Source: a bacterium | Lineage (GTDB): Bacteria > Synergistota > GBS-1 | Direction of reading: 5' to 3' | DNA: 64,000 nucleotides | Assembly: GCA_030153785.1 (NCBI GenBank) | Contig: JASKLF010000004.1 | Coordinates: 91,797-155,796 of the forward strand | Shown here: positions 41,943-52,721 of the stretch, piece after piece | Position numbering within the stretch: the first letter of the stretch is position 1 | How the letters are laid out: every line of letters starts with the position of its first letter | Position numbers and translations under genes: made by a program | Notes under the pieces: model-generated | Seen by the model: only the letters and a program-made list of their open reading frames with translations | Database searches by the model: none | What the model was told of the DNA's origin: nothing

Positions 41943-44324
41943 ATGGATAGTTTTTTGCCTCAGGTGAGAATGCAAGAAATAGTACCTCTTCTTGCGGTTA
42001 GGGATGTTGTTGTTTTTCCTAATATAGTGGTTCCTTTGTTTGTCGGAAGGCCTAAGTCCTTGAAAGCTTTAGAAGTAGCTATGCTCGGTAATAGGTTAAT
42101 AGTAATTGCGGCACAGAAGGATCCTAAGGTTGAGGATCCTAAACCTTCCGACCTTTATAGTATAGGCACGCTGTGTCATATACACCAGATGGTGAAACTA
42201 CCGGATAATACTGTGAAAGTCTTGGTTGAAGGTAAAGAGAGAGTTAGAATAGATGATTTCCTAAAAACTGATGAATTCTTTGAAGTTCGGGTTACTCCTA
42301 TATCTCTGGAAGTTCCCTATTCTCCACATGTTGAGGCTCTTTTAAGAAATGTTATATCTGAGTTTGAGAAATATGTTAAGCTTCATCCAAAGGTTCCTCC
42401 GGAGATAATGATTACTATTATGAGCTTGAGCGATGCCAGCCGCATTGCTGATATAATCGCCGCTAACATGCACATCAAACTTCAAGAAAAGCAACAAATT
42501 TTGGAAGCGATTCTTCCCGAAGAGAGATTGAAAAAGCTTTTGTCTTTCCTTGTTAGAGAGGTCGAAGTTTTAGAGCTCGAGAAGAAGATTCACGAAGAGG
42601 TAAGAAAGCAGATGGAGCAAACGCAGAAGGAGTATTATCTGAGAGAACAACTCAAGGCTATACAGAAGGAGCTTGGTAGAACAGATGAGCTTGCAGAGGA
42701 GATAGAGGAGTATGCCAGGAAGATAAAGGAAGCTAAAATGCCTCCTCAAGTTGAGGAAAAGGCTATGCACGAACTTAAACGTCTTGAGAAAATGCCACCT
42801 ATGACGGCGGAGGCTACCGTTGTTAGGACATATCTCGATTGGTTGGTTTCCTTGCCGTGGTCTAAACGGACAAAAGACAAGCTCGATATATCCAGAGCTG
42901 CCAGAATTTTAGATGAGGACCACTATGGGCTCGAAAAGGTTAAGGAGAGAATTTTGGAGTATCTTGCGGTTAGAAAACTTTCTAAGAAAATGAGAGGGCA
43001 AATTCTTTGCTTTGTTGGACCACCGGGTGTCGGAAAGACTTCCTTGGCACGGTCTATAGCCCGAGCCCTAAATAGAAAGTTTGTAAGGATATCTCTTGGT
43101 GGCGTTAGGGATGAGGCTGAGATAAGAGGGCATAGAAGAACTTATGTAGGTGCTCTCCCTGGCAGAATAATTCAGAAAATAAGACAGGCTGGAACAAAAA
43201 ACCCGGTTTTCCTTCTTGATGAAGTTGATAAGATAGGAATAGATTTTAGGGGAGATCCAGCAGCGGCTTTACTCGAAGTTTTAGACCCAGAACAAAATCA
43301 CTCCTTTAGTGATCATTTTCTTGAGGTTCCCTTCGATCTTTCGGAAGTCATGTTTATAACAACCGCTAATGTAACTTATACTATTCCAAGACCACTTTTA
43401 GATAGGATGGAAATTATACACATACCTGGTTATACGGAGGAAGAAAAAATAATGATAGCTTTAAAGCATCTTATCCCAAAACAGCTTGAAAGACACGGCC
43501 TGAATGAAAACATGGTTAAAATTACGGAGCAAGCCCTTCGGAAAATAATAAGGGAATATACAAGAGAGGCTGGAGTTAGAAATTTGGAAAGAGAAATAGC
43601 TTCTATATGCAGAAAGGTTGCAAGAAAGATAGTGGAAAGTGGAGAAAAAGCGGAAAAAGAATATAAGATTACGGCTCAAAATCTTCACATATATCTTGGG
43701 CCTCCTAAGTTTAGGTATGGTATAGCCGAGGAAAAGGACGAAATTGGAATAGCTACGGGACTTGCATGGACAGAAGTCGGCGGAGAAATACTTTTAATAG
43801 AAGCGGTAACCATGAGGGGGAAAGGAAAACTCACATTAACAGGTAATCTTGGAGATGTAATGCAAGAATCGGCGCAGGCTGCGGTTAGCTACATAAGAAG
43901 TCATGCAAAGGAACTTGGAGTGAAAGAAGATTTTTATAAAAACTTGGATATTCATATCCATGTTCCTGAGGGAGCTATACCTAAAGATGGTCCTTCTGCA
44001 GGAGTGGCAATGCTTACAGCATTAGTTTCCGTTTTAACGGGTTGTCCTGTAAGGAGAGATGTAGCTATGACGGGTGAAATAACTTTGCGAGGGAAGGTTC
44101 TTCCCGTTGGAGGTATAAAGGAAAAAGTTTTAGCGGCGCATCGGGCTGGTATAACTACGGTAATTCTTCCAAAGGACAATGAAAAGGATTTGTTAGAGAT
44201 TCCGCCAGAGGTTAGAAAGAAAATTAACTTTAAATTTGTTGAAAGGATGAATGAAGTCTTAGAGATAGCTCTTGCTAAAGATGAGAGAAGAGAGGAAGCT
44301 CTTAGTAAGTGTGTATCAGCCTGA
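41943..44324 (+). CDS. lon: endopeptidase La
   Basis: [17 protein letters not shown] and GGIKEK motifs. Confidence 0.98.
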   Translation: MDSFLPQVRMQEIVPLLAVRDVVVFPNIVVPLFVGRPKSLKALEVAMLGNRLIVIAAQKDPKVEDPKPSDLYSIGTLCHIHQMVKLPDNTVKVLVEGKERVRIDDFLKTDEFFEVRVTPISLEVPYSPHVEALLRNVISEFEKYVKLHPKVPPEIMITIMSLSDASRIADIIAANMHIKLQEKQQILEAILPEERLKKLLSFLVREVEVLELEKKIHEEVRKQMEQTQKEYYLREQLKAIQKELGRTDELAEEIEEYARKIKEAKMPPQVEEKAMHELKRLEKMPPMTAEATVVRTYLDWLVSLPWSKRTKDKLDISRAARILDEDHYGLEKVKERILEYLAVRKLSKKMRGQILCFVGPPGVGKTSLARSIARALNRKFVRISLGGVRDEAEIRGHRRTYVGALPGRIIQKIRQAGTKNPVFLLDEVDKIGIDFRGDPAAALLEVLDPEQNHSFSDHFLEVPFDLSEVMFITTANVTYTIPRPLLDRMEIIHIPGYTEEEKIMIALKHLIPKQLERHGLNENMVKITEQALRKIIREYTREAGVRNLEREIASICRKVARKIVESGEKAEKEYKITAQNLHIYLGPPKFRYGIAEEKDEIGIATGLAWTEVGGEILLIEAVTMRGKGKLTLTGNLGDVMQESAQAAVSYIRSHAKELGVKEDFYKNLDIHIHVPEGAIPKDGPSAGVAMLTALVSVLTGCPVRRDVAMTGEITLRGKVLPVGGIKEKVLAAHRAGITTVILPKDNEKDLLEIPPEVRKKINFKFVERMNEVLEIALAKDERREEALSKCVSA

Positions 44325-44874
44325 TGAAATTCCTTTTGACCTTGGCTTTCCTGAAATAGCTGTAGCTGGCAGATCCAATGTGGGAAAATCATCCTTCATT
44401 AATACCCTTCTTGGAAAAAAACTGGCAAAGGTTAGTTCTACACCGGGGAAGACACGCTCGCTTAATTTTTACCTTATAGATGGCGAATTCGTTCTGGTGG
44501 ACTTGCCGGGGTATGGCTATGCCAAAGTTTCTGTGGAGGAACGGAAAAGATGGGCCCGCTTGGTTGATGCCTATGTTAGAGGAAGGAAGGCCCTAAAGGC
44601 CTTCCTTCAGATTATAGATATAAGACATATTCCCATGGAAAGCGATTTGAGACTTTATGAGTGGATAGAAAGTTATGGCTATAAAATGGCTTTTATTTTT
44701 ACAAAAATCGATAAACTCTCGAAATCTGAAATAAAAAAGCAGGTAAATTATGCTAAGAGGTTTTTCCCGTTGAATGAAGAAAACTATGTTTTATTTTCTT
44801 CTCTGACGGGAGAGGGTAAGAAAGAGGCTTGGTCTCTTATAAATAGATTGCTTTCCCAGAAGGGAGGAGAGTAA
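44281..44874 (+). CDS. engB: ribosome biogenesis GTPase YihA/YsxC
   Basis: [17 protein letters not shown] and TKID motifs. Confidence 0.96.
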   Translation: MREERKLLVSVYQPDEIPFDLGFPEIAVAGRSNVGKSSFINTLLGKKLAKVSSTPGKTRSLNFYLIDGEFVLVDLPGYGYAKVSVEERKRWARLVDAYVRGRKALKAFLQIIDIRHIPMESDLRLYEWIESYGYKMAFIFTKIDKLSKSEIKKQVNYAKRFFPLNEENYVLFSSLTGEGKKEAWSLINRLLSQKGGE

Positions 44875-44878
44875 AGGT

Positions 44879-47533
44879 ATGCAATCGGAACTTCCCAAGG
44901 CGTATGATCCTTCTCGGGTAGAAGAGAAGTGGTATTCTTTTTGGATAGAAAAGGGGTATTTTCATAGCGAAGTCGACCCTTCAAGGAAGAAGTTTTCTGT
45001 GGTAATTCCTCCTCCAAACGTTACAGGTTCCCTTCACATGGGGCATGCCTTAAACAACACCATTCAGGATATTTTTGTCAGGTGGAAAAGGATGCAAGGA
45101 TTCAATACTATGTGGCTACCGGGCACAGATCACGCTGGTATAGCTACCCAAAACGTTGTGGAGAGAGCTCTTGCAAAAGAGGGTCTGAAAAAGGAAGATT
45201 TGGGAAGAGAAAAGTTTCTTGAGAAGGTTTGGGAATGGAAGGAGAAATACGGAGGAACCATAATTAGACAGCTTAAAAGGCTTGGGGCTTCCTGTGATTG
45301 GGATAGAGAAAGGTTCACTCTTGATGAAGGTTTGTCTAGGGCGGTAAGGGAGGTCTTCGTTAGACTCTTTAGAGAAGGGTTAATTTATAGGGGTAATTAT
45401 ATAATAAACTGGTGTCCTCGTTGCGGAACCGCCCTTTCAGATATAGAGGTTGAGCATGAGGAAGTTCGTGGAAGCTTGTGGTATGTTAGGTATCCTATAC
45501 TAGATGAGCCCGGCAATTATATTACGGTTGCAACTACTCGCCCGGAAACAATCCTGGGAGATGTGGCTGTGGCTGTTCATCCGGATGATGAAAGATATAA
45601 GGAGTTTGTTGGTAAAAAGGTTAATATTCCACTTACCAATAGAATAGGCGTTGTAATTGCCGATGAAATGGTAGATCCCTCTTTTGGAACTGGTGCTGTT
45701 AAAATCACGCCTGCCCACGATCCTAACGATTTTCTTGTGGCTCAAAGGCATTCTTTAAGTCATATAAAAGTTATTGGTCCCGATGGTAAGATGACAGGTG
45801 AAGCTGGAAGAGCATATGAGGGACTCGATAGATTCGAATGCAGAAAAAGGGTTGTTGAGGATTTAGAGAAAGAGGGACTTCTTGAAAAGGTTGAAGAATA
45901 CACGCATGCGGTTGGGCATTGCTACAGGTGTAAAACCGTTATAGAACCCTATCTTTCGGAGCAATGGTTTGTCAAGATGAAGCCTTTGGCAGAGCCGGCA
46001 ATAAATGCTGTGAAGGAGGGCAAAGTAAGGTTTATCCCTAAGACATGGGAAAAGGTTTACTATGACTGGATGGAAAATATCAGAGATTGGTGTATATCCC
46101 GTCAGCTTTGGTGGGGACATAGGATACCTATTTGGTATTGTCAGGATTGCGGTCATATGAATGCGTTTGTTGAGCCACCGGAAGCCTGTGAAAAATGTGG
46201 CTCTAATGATCTTCTTCAGGACCCAGATGTGCTTGATACCTGGTTTAGTTCCGCTTTGTGGCCATTTTCAACATTGGGTTGGCCTGAGAAAACTCCTGAC
46301 TTGGAGTATTACTACCCAACGGACTTACTTGTTACGGGTTTCGATATAATTTTCTTCTGGGTGGCAAGGATGATAATGATGGGACTGAAATTTATGGGGG
46401 ATGTTCCTTTCTATGATGTTTATATACATGCATTGGTAAGAGATGAAGAAGGAAAGAAGATGTCTAAGTCTTTTGGAAATGTTATTGATCCTCTTGATAT
46501 GATAGATAAATATGGTGCTGATGCTTTAAGATTTACTTTGGCATCTCTTGCTGTTCAAGGTAGAGACATAAAGCTTTCGGAAAGCAGGATTGAATCGTCC
46601 AAGAACTTCGCTAATAAAATATGGAATGCCTTAAGATTTATCTTGATGAACATTAAAGGTTTTGACCCATCGGCTTTCTCTGAGGAAAGCCTTGTTTTGG
46701 ACCTTGCCGATAGATGGATATTAAGTCGAACCCAGAAGGTCATAAAGGAGGTAACGGATTTTCTTAATGGGTATTACGTTGGTGAATCTGCCAAGACCCT
46801 TTATGAATTTATCTGGGGAGAATTCTGTGATTGGTATGTAGAGATTTCTAAAGCGACTTTATACGATAGCACAGAAGATAGCATTAGGAAGGATGGCGTT
46901 AAATACATCTTGTGGAAGGTATCCTCGATTATTTTAAGGCTTCTTCATCCATATATGCCCTTTATAACTGAGGAGCTGTGGCAACACCTTCCCTGTGTTC
47001 AGGAAAGCATCGTGATTTCTCCATGGCCTGAGGTCGATGAGAAATTTATAAATGACGTTGCAGAAGAAAAGATGAAATATATAATGGATACCGTTAGAGT
47101 TATTAGAAACCTGAGGGCGGAAATGGAGATCAAGCCTGGGGAAAAGGTTAAAGTGGTGGTTAAGCCCCACGATGCGGAATATAGCGAGCTTGTAAAGGAG
47201 TATGAAAAATACATTATTCGTTTAGCCTCCCTTTCGGAGTTTCAAATAGACCCGACTTACGAACGCCCAAAGGGTTGTGCTGTGGGCGTGATGGACAAGG
47301 CGGAAATATTCATGCCTCTTGGAGATCTTATAGACATAGAGAAAGAGGTTGCAAGGCTTAAGCTTAGACTTCAAGAAGTTATGGATGAGATAAGCAGAGT
47401 AGAGGCGAAGCTTTCTAACACGGATTTTATCGAGAAAGCTCCTCAGCATGTGGTTGAAAAGGAGAGAGCGAAGCTTCAAGAATTCCAAGAGATAAAGGGG
47501 AGGATAGAAAGACACCTTGAACAACTTGCTTAG
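44879..47533 (+). CDS. valS: valine--tRNA ligase
   Basis: PPPNVTGSLHMGHA, KMSKS and a C-terminal coiled coil. Confidence 0.99.
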   Translation: MQSELPKAYDPSRVEEKWYSFWIEKGYFHSEVDPSRKKFSVVIPPPNVTGSLHMGHALNNTIQDIFVRWKRMQGFNTMWLPGTDHAGIATQNVVERALAKEGLKKEDLGREKFLEKVWEWKEKYGGTIIRQLKRLGASCDWDRERFTLDEGLSRAVREVFVRLFREGLIYRGNYIINWCPRCGTALSDIEVEHEEVRGSLWYVRYPILDEPGNYITVATTRPETILGDVAVAVHPDDERYKEFVGKKVNIPLTNRIGVVIADEMVDPSFGTGAVKITPAHDPNDFLVAQRHSLSHIKVIGPDGKMTGEAGRAYEGLDRFECRKRVVEDLEKEGLLEKVEEYTHAVGHCYRCKTVIEPYLSEQWFVKMKPLAEPAINAVKEGKVRFIPKTWEKVYYDWMENIRDWCISRQLWWGHRIPIWYCQDCGHMNAFVEPPEACEKCGSNDLLQDPDVLDTWFSSALWPFSTLGWPEKTPDLEYYYPTDLLVTGFDIIFFWVARMIMMGLKFMGDVPFYDVYIHALVRDEEGKKMSKSFGNVIDPLDMIDKYGADALRFTLASLAVQGRDIKLSESRIESSKNFANKIWNALRFILMNIKGFDPSAFSEESLVLDLADRWILSRTQKVIKEVTDFLNGYYVGESAKTLYEFIWGEFCDWYVEISKATLYDSTEDSIRKDGVKYILWKVSSIILRLLHPYMPFITEELWQHLPCVQESIVISPWPEVDEKFINDVAEEKMKYIMDTVRVIRNLRAEMEIKPGEKVKVVVKPHDAEYSELVKEYEKYIIRLASLSEFQIDPTYERPKGCAVGVMDKAEIFMPLGDLIDIEKEVARLKLRLQEVMDEISRVEAKLSNTDFIEKAPQHVVEKERAKLQEFQEIKGRIERHLEQLA

Positions 47534-48860
47534 TTATGAAGCTTTTTTAAGAGAGCTTGACACTTTGAGACCCTCAGGGGAAATACGATTGGGACTTGAG
47601 CGGATAAGAGAACTGCTTGATAGGTGTGGTAATCCTCATGTGGGGTTAAAGAATATAATCGTCGCGGGTACCAACGGTAAGGGCTCTGTAGTAGCTACCC
47701 TTTCTAACATACTTAAGCTTGCCGGTTATAAGGTAGGGACTTACATTTCACCACACCTGTGCGATATAAGGGAAAGGATAATGATAGATGGCTGTTGGAT
47801 AGATAAGGAAGCCTTCGTTACCCTTGGAAGCAGGATACTGGAGATGGCGCGGGGCATGGCAGATATTCCTACCTACTATGAGATAATCACGGCAATTGCC
47901 TTTTCCTACTTTAGAGAGACTAAGGTAGATATTGCAGTGCTTGAAATAGGCTTGGGGGGAAGACTTGATGCCGTTAATGTGGCATATCCCTTGGAGGCTG
48001 TAATCACCACAATAGATTTTGACCATGAACATTATTTGGGGAGTGATATAGCCTCGATAGCCAGTGAGAAGGCGGGGATAATAAAGGAAAATGTTACAGT
48101 TGTCTTGGGAGAGGAAAAAGAGGAAGCCGTTAAGGTAATAGAAAAGGTCTCTTCAGAAAAGGGAGCGAAGCTTTATAGGAAGGGGAAGGATTTCGATTTT
48201 CAAATTAAGGCTTTTTCTCTTGAGAAGTCTCTCATGGACTTTAAAAGCGACCTTTCTTTCCTTCCCGATGTTGAACTTGGCCTTAAGGGGATGTATCAGT
48301 TTTTAAATACGAGTATTGCTATTGAGTCTGCTCTTTTACTTAACGATTTAGGGATAAGGGTAAGCGAAAAGAGTATCAGGGATGGTGTAAAAAGTGCAAG
48401 GTGGCGTGCCCGATTTGACCTTTTCAAGTATGGAGAAAAGATGATAATTTTTGATGGGGCTCATAATCCTCATGGAATGAGAGCATTAGTTTCTACTCTG
48501 CAACACCTTTTTAAAGACGAAGATATATGTTTTGTTTTCGGGGTTTTAAAAACAAAAAGATATCTTGAGATGCTAAGAGAGCTTTCTAAAATAGCCAATA
48601 AAATCATATTTACAAGCACGGGAGCGGAAAGCGCTGTAACCGTTCAAGAGCTATTGGATGCATTTACATCTTTGGAAGGGATCAAAGAAATTCCTGTGGT
48701 TGGAGTAAATTCTCCCTCAACGGCTTTTAAGGAAGCCCTTGCATCTAAGGAGAAAGTAGTGTGTGTCTGTGGCTCTCTTTATCTTATAGGTAAGATTTTG
48801 GAGGAGAATTTTGAGAACAGGGGAGCTAATAACTCTTTTCAGAAAAGAATTCTGGTATAG
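47517..48860 (+). CDS. folC: folylpolyglutamate synthase / dihydrofolate synthase
   Basis: GTNGKGS, SPHL, EIGLGGRLDA, DGAHNP and CGSLYL motifs. Confidence 0.96.
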   Translation: MNNLLSYEAFLRELDTLRPSGEIRLGLERIRELLDRCGNPHVGLKNIIVAGTNGKGSVVATLSNILKLAGYKVGTYISPHLCDIRERIMIDGCWIDKEAFVTLGSRILEMARGMADIPTYYEIITAIAFSYFRETKVDIAVLEIGLGGRLDAVNVAYPLEAVITTIDFDHEHYLGSDIASIASEKAGIIKENVTVVLGEEKEEAVKVIEKVSSEKGAKLYRKGKDFDFQIKAFSLEKSLMDFKSDLSFLPDVELGLKGMYQFLNTSIAIESALLLNDLGIRVSEKSIRDGVKSARWRARFDLFKYGEKMIIFDGAHNPHGMRALVSTLQHLFKDEDICFVFGVLKTKRYLEMLRELSKIANKIIFTSTGAESAVTVQELLDAFTSLEGIKEIPVVGVNSPSTAFKEALASKEKVVCVCGSLYLIGKILEENFENRGANNSFQKRILV

Positions 48861-50214
48861 GGCAGTATCTTTTTGCTTGGATAGCGACACGGAACTTTAC
48901 ATAGTGGGAGGGGCTTTAAGAGACGGCCTCTTAGGAAAGGCCTCAAGGGAGATAGATTTGGTGTTCCGCTCCCCGCCTTTTTCTTTCCCTCTTAGGTTTG
49001 CCTCGGAGATAGGAGGAAAGGCGGTAATATTAGGTAAAGATAGGAAAACTATCAGGGTGGTTAAGAGACCATTTATCTTCGATTTTACCTCCATTAATGG
49101 TTCGGGCATAATCGAAGACCTTTTGCACAGGGACTTTACCATGAACTCCTTGGGTTTTAATGTAAGAGATGAACAGTTTTTCGACCCTTTAGGAGGCCTC
49201 GACGATATTAAAAGCGGAGTAATAAAAGTTAACTCTCCTCAATCTTTTGATAGTGACCCAATAAGGTTATTGCGGGCTTTCAGATTTAAGTCGGCCTTGG
49301 GCTTTAAAATAGAGGGATATACCAAAAAGCTTATAGAAGCGAAAAGCAAAGCCCTTTTCCCATGGAAGCTTTCCCCTAAGGAGAGAATTGCGGAGGAATG
49401 GAAAAAATTTCTTTTGGGGAAAAACTTTTACCCAGCTCTTAAGGACATGGCGGACACGGGTTACCTTGAAAGGCTCTTTCCGGCCTTTAGGCTCATGAAA
49501 GGAATGTCTCAAGGGAGTTACCATCATCTTGATGCTTTTAATCATTCTCTAAAGGTTGTTGAGGCTTTAGAAGATCTTCTCTTTGACCCTCCTCCGTGGG
49601 CTGGTGAGAAATATTTGGACTCCAAAGTGGGTTATTTTAAAAGAAGGGAACTTCTAAGGCTTGGGGGACTATTACACGATGTGGGTAAGCCTTTCTGTTT
49701 TAGACTAAAAGAGGGCGAGGCGAACTTCAGGGGTCATCAGTTTATAGGGGCTAAGATAGCATATGGATATTCCCGGGCTCTGTTGTTGAACTATAGAGAA
49801 AGAGATTTCATTTATAGGCTTGTTTATAACCATATGATGCCTCTTCTTTTTCTTAAGCGGGAGAAAGCATGGAGACCGTGGGAGAGGTCCCTTCTTTCTT
49901 GGCTTATGAGGGTGGGAGAGGATGCCTTAGGTGTATTTCTTCTTTCTCTTGCTGACTTGATGGCAACACGAGGCATAAAGGTTTCCGATGAGGATCGGTC
50001 TCTTCTTGTTCAGATAGGAGAGAGGGTTAAGCGCTATCTTGATAAAATGTTTGGTGTCAAGCCTCTTTTAAGTGGAAGGGAGATAATGGCCTTAACCGGG
50101 TTAAGGGAAGGTAAGGAGATTGGAACTATAAAGGAGAGGATACTTTACCTTCAAAAAATGGGTAAGCTCAGAACAAAAGACGAGGCATTAAAAAAGATTT
50201 TGGGGATAATATAG
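48811..50214 (+). CDS. class II tRNA nucleotidyltransferase with HD domain, probably CC-adding type
   Basis: YIVGGALRD, EDLLHRDFTMN, DPIRLLRAFRF, ERIAEE and LLHDVGKP motifs. Confidence 0.88.
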   Translation: MRTGELITLFRKEFWYRAVSFCLDSDTELYIVGGALRDGLLGKASREIDLVFRSPPFSFPLRFASEIGGKAVILGKDRKTIRVVKRPFIFDFTSINGSGIIEDLLHRDFTMNSLGFNVRDEQFFDPLGGLDDIKSGVIKVNSPQSFDSDPIRLLRAFRFKSALGFKIEGYTKKLIEAKSKALFPWKLSPKERIAEEWKKFLLGKNFYPALKDMADTGYLERLFPAFRLMKGMSQGSYHHLDAFNHSLKVVEALEDLLFDPPPWAGEKYLDSKVGYFKRRELLRLGGLLHDVGKPFCFRLKEGEANFRGHQFIGAKIAYGYSRALLLNYRERDFIYRLVYNHMMPLLFLKREKAWRPWERSLLSWLMRVGEDALGVFLLSLADLMATRGIKVSDEDRSLLVQIGERVKRYLDKMFGVKPLLSGREIMALTGLREGKEIGTIKERILYLQKMGKLRTKDEALKKILGII

Positions 50215-50230
50215 ATGGGTGTTGCGAGAC

Positions 50231-51157
50231 ATGGATAAAATAAGAACAGCAGTTATAGGTGTAGGATACTTGGGAAGACATCATGCAAGGATATATAGTG
50301 AGCTTCAAGAATCGGAATTGGTTGCGGTTGTGGATATTGTGAAAGAGAGGGCAGAAGAGATAGCCCGAGCATATGGTTGCAGGGCTTATATAGACTACAT
50401 TGATATGCTTGAAAAGGAAAGCCCGGAAGCGGTAAGTATAGCTGTTCCCACAAGCCTACATTACGAGATTGCTAAGGAGTGTATCATTAGGGGAATAAAT
50501 GTCCTTCTCGAAAAACCAATAGCCACAAAGTTAGAACACGCTGATGAGCTCTTTCAACTTTCTAAGGAAAAGAAAGTTGTTTTTCAGGTAGGCTATGTGG
50601 AGAGATTTAATCCGATCGTTTCCTATCTCCCGAGGTTTGTCAAAGAACCATTTTTCATAATAGCCAAAAGGTTAACTCCTTTTGTCAACAGAAACTTAGA
50701 TGTGGGGGTAGTTCTTGACCTCATGGTTCATGACATAGACATAGTTCTCTCTTTAATGAAGGGGGAAGTGGAGGATGTTGGTGGTAGCGGTCTTTCCGTT
50801 GTCTCTCCTAATGAGGATATTGCTTCAGCCTATATCCGATTTAAAGGGGGTTGTAGCGCTTATTTTATAGTAAGCAGGGTTAGTCCTACCTCGGCTCGAG
50901 AGTTAGAAATGCTTGACGGAAACAGAAAGATAGTTTTAAATTATATGGAGAGGGAGCTTTTCGTATACGACTTGGATGGATTGCGAACCACAGAGCATAT
51001 AAAGCTTCTTTCTACGGAAGAACCCCTTAAGAAGGAGTTGTTTAACTTTATTAATAATGTTAAGCGAAAACAAAGCAGTTTAAATGATGGAAGGGATTCC
51101 TTCTGCTTAGCCCTTAAAATATTAGAATCCATAAGGAGAGATGGGAAAAATGTATGA
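50231..51157 (+). CDS. Gfo/Idh/MocA oxidoreductase (GnnA/WlbA-like sugar-nucleotide dehydrogenase)
   Basis: VIGVGYLGRHH, EKPIA, ERFNP and DLMVHDID motifs. Confidence 0.88.
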   Translation: MDKIRTAVIGVGYLGRHHARIYSELQESELVAVVDIVKERAEEIARAYGCRAYIDYIDMLEKESPEAVSIAVPTSLHYEIAKECIIRGINVLLEKPIATKLEHADELFQLSKEKKVVFQVGYVERFNPIVSYLPRFVKEPFFIIAKRLTPFVNRNLDVGVVLDLMVHDIDIVLSLMKGEVEDVGGSGLSVVSPNEDIASAYIRFKGGCSAYFIVSRVSPTSARELEMLDGNRKIVLNYMERELFVYDLDGLRTTEHIKLLSTEEPLKKELFNFINNVKRKQSSLNDGRDSFCLALKILESIRRDGKNV

Positions 51158-52547
51158 TGTGATAATAGTAGGAGCAGGTCCTACGGGTATATTTTGTGCG
51201 TTGGAGCTTGTAAAGAAATCTAATTTAAAGGTTATCGTTTTAGAGAGGGGAAGTTCCATTCAAAAAAGATTTTGCCCTATGAGGGAACAAGGCGGGGAGT
51301 GTAGACGTTGTCATTCCTGTGCTCTCATCTCTGGTTGGGGAGGAGCTGGCGCCTTTAGCGATGGTAAACTCACGCTTAGCCTTGATGCAGGTGGGCGATT
51401 AACGGAGCTTCTCTCTCCGGAAGTAGTAAGGGAGCTTTTAGACTATGTGGAGCAAATTTATCTAAGCTTTGGAAACGGAGGAAGATTGTTTGATCCATCT
51501 CAAGATGATATTGCCAACTTTACCTTAAAAGCCCAAAGGGCGGGTCTAAAGCTCGTTCCCATGAAGATAAGACATTTGGGGACTGAGAATTGCTATGATA
51601 TCCTTCTTGAAATGGAGAACTTCCTTAAAAACAGGGTCGAAATAAGACCCCTTTCAAAGGTTGAGGAGATATTGGTGGATAACGCCTCTGGCGAGGTTAA
51701 GGGTGTTAAGCTTGCGAGCGGCGAAGAAATTTTGGGAAGATATGTAGTTGTGGCTCCGGGAAGATCGGGAGCCAGCTGGCTTGAAGAGCAGGCGCGAAGG
51801 CTTGGCTTATCGTTAGAGCGTAACCCTGTTGATATCGGTGTGAGGGTAGAACTTCCTGCAGCCGTCATGGAAGAGCTGACAAGCGTTTTTTATGAAGCCA
51901 AGCTAATTTACTACTCGAGGTCCTTTGATGACAGGGTCAGGACTTTCTGTATGTGTCCTCATGGTGAGGTTGTAGTGGAATGGAACGAAGAAGAAAAGGT
52001 ATTATCTGTCAATGGACACAGCTATAGGAGTAGGGAAACAGACAAAACTAACTTTGCCATTCTTGTGAGCACTTCCTTTACCGAACCCTTTCATGAGCCC
52101 AATCTTTATGGTAGTCATGTGGCGAGGCTTGCAAATATGTTAAGTGGTGCTGTTATCGTTCAAAGGCTTGGTGACCTGATAAATGGAAGAAGGTCTACCT
52201 ACAGCAGGATAATTAGGGGTCCCATAGAGCCTTCATTGAAAGAAGCTGTTCCCGGAGATTTAAGTTTTGTTTTGCCTTTCAGGTATTTGCAGGATATAAA
52301 GGAAATGCTTGAGGCGCTTGATAAAATTGCACCGGGAGTATATTCCCCTTTTACTCTCCTTTATGGGGTAGAAGTTAAGTTTTATTCCTCAAAATTAAGG
52401 CTGTCTCCTTCTCTGGAGACCGAGATTAGAAATCTGTTTGCCGGTGGGGACGGAGCTGGTATAACAAGAGGGCTTGTGCAGGCTTCCATATCTGGAATTG
52501 TGATAGGAAGAGAGATATTAAAGAGGGAAGGTATGCAAGTAAGTTGA
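51141..52547 (+). CDS. uncharacterised FAD-dependent oxidoreductase with a Cys motif
   Basis: VGAGPTG, CxxCxxC, GWGGAGAFSDGK and GDGAGITRG motifs. Confidence 0.85.
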   Translation: MGKMYDVIIVGAGPTGIFCALELVKKSNLKVIVLERGSSIQKRFCPMREQGGECRRCHSCALISGWGGAGAFSDGKLTLSLDAGGRLTELLSPEVVRELLDYVEQIYLSFGNGGRLFDPSQDDIANFTLKAQRAGLKLVPMKIRHLGTENCYDILLEMENFLKNRVEIRPLSKVEEILVDNASGEVKGVKLASGEEILGRYVVVAPGRSGASWLEEQARRLGLSLERNPVDIGVRVELPAAVMEELTSVFYEAKLIYYSRSFDDRVRTFCMCPHGEVVVEWNEEEKVLSVNGHSYRSRETDKTNFAILVSTSFTEPFHEPNLYGSHVARLANMLSGAVIVQRLGDLINGRRSTYSRIIRGPIEPSLKEAVPGDLSFVLPFRYLQDIKEMLEALDKIAPGVYSPFTLLYGVEVKFYSSKLRLSPSLETEIRNLFAGGDGAGITRGLVQASISGIVIGREILKREGMQVS

Positions 52548-52560
52548 GTGGGGAGGGGTA

Positions 52561-52719
52561 ATGCGTAGAGATGTGATAATTTTTCTCCTCTTTGTCATGG
52601 TTTTTCTTTTCCTCCTTTATCTTCTTATAGCACTGTATGAACCTAATGTGGGAGATAGATATAGGTTCATAATAGACCTGATGGTTAGGAAGCAATTGTG
52701 GAGGGAGAGTTTTCGTTAA
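52561..52719 (+). CDS. 52-aa single-pass membrane microprotein (absent from ORF track)
   Basis: GGAGG 4 nt before ATG; MRRDVIIFLLFVMVFLFLLYLLIALYEPNVGDRYRFIIDLMVRKQLWRESFR. Fills the gap, and its stop is 2 nt before the next ATG. Confidence 0.7.
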   Translation: MRRDVIIFLLFVMVFLFLLYLLIALYEPNVGDRYRFIIDLMVRKQLWRESFR

Positions 52720-52721
52720 AT

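Noticed and set aside
44870..44880. T-box upstream of valS
   Set aside because: The intergenic gap is only 4 bp.
52636..52671. 10-bp inverted repeat TATGAACCTA/TAGGTTCATA
   Set aside because: It lies inside the 52-aa ORF, is AT-rich with a 16-nt loop and has no U tail; not supportable as a regulatory element.
52426..52695. Minus-strand 89-aa ORF
   Set aside because: Antisense shadow of the plus-strand microprotein and oxidoreductase end.
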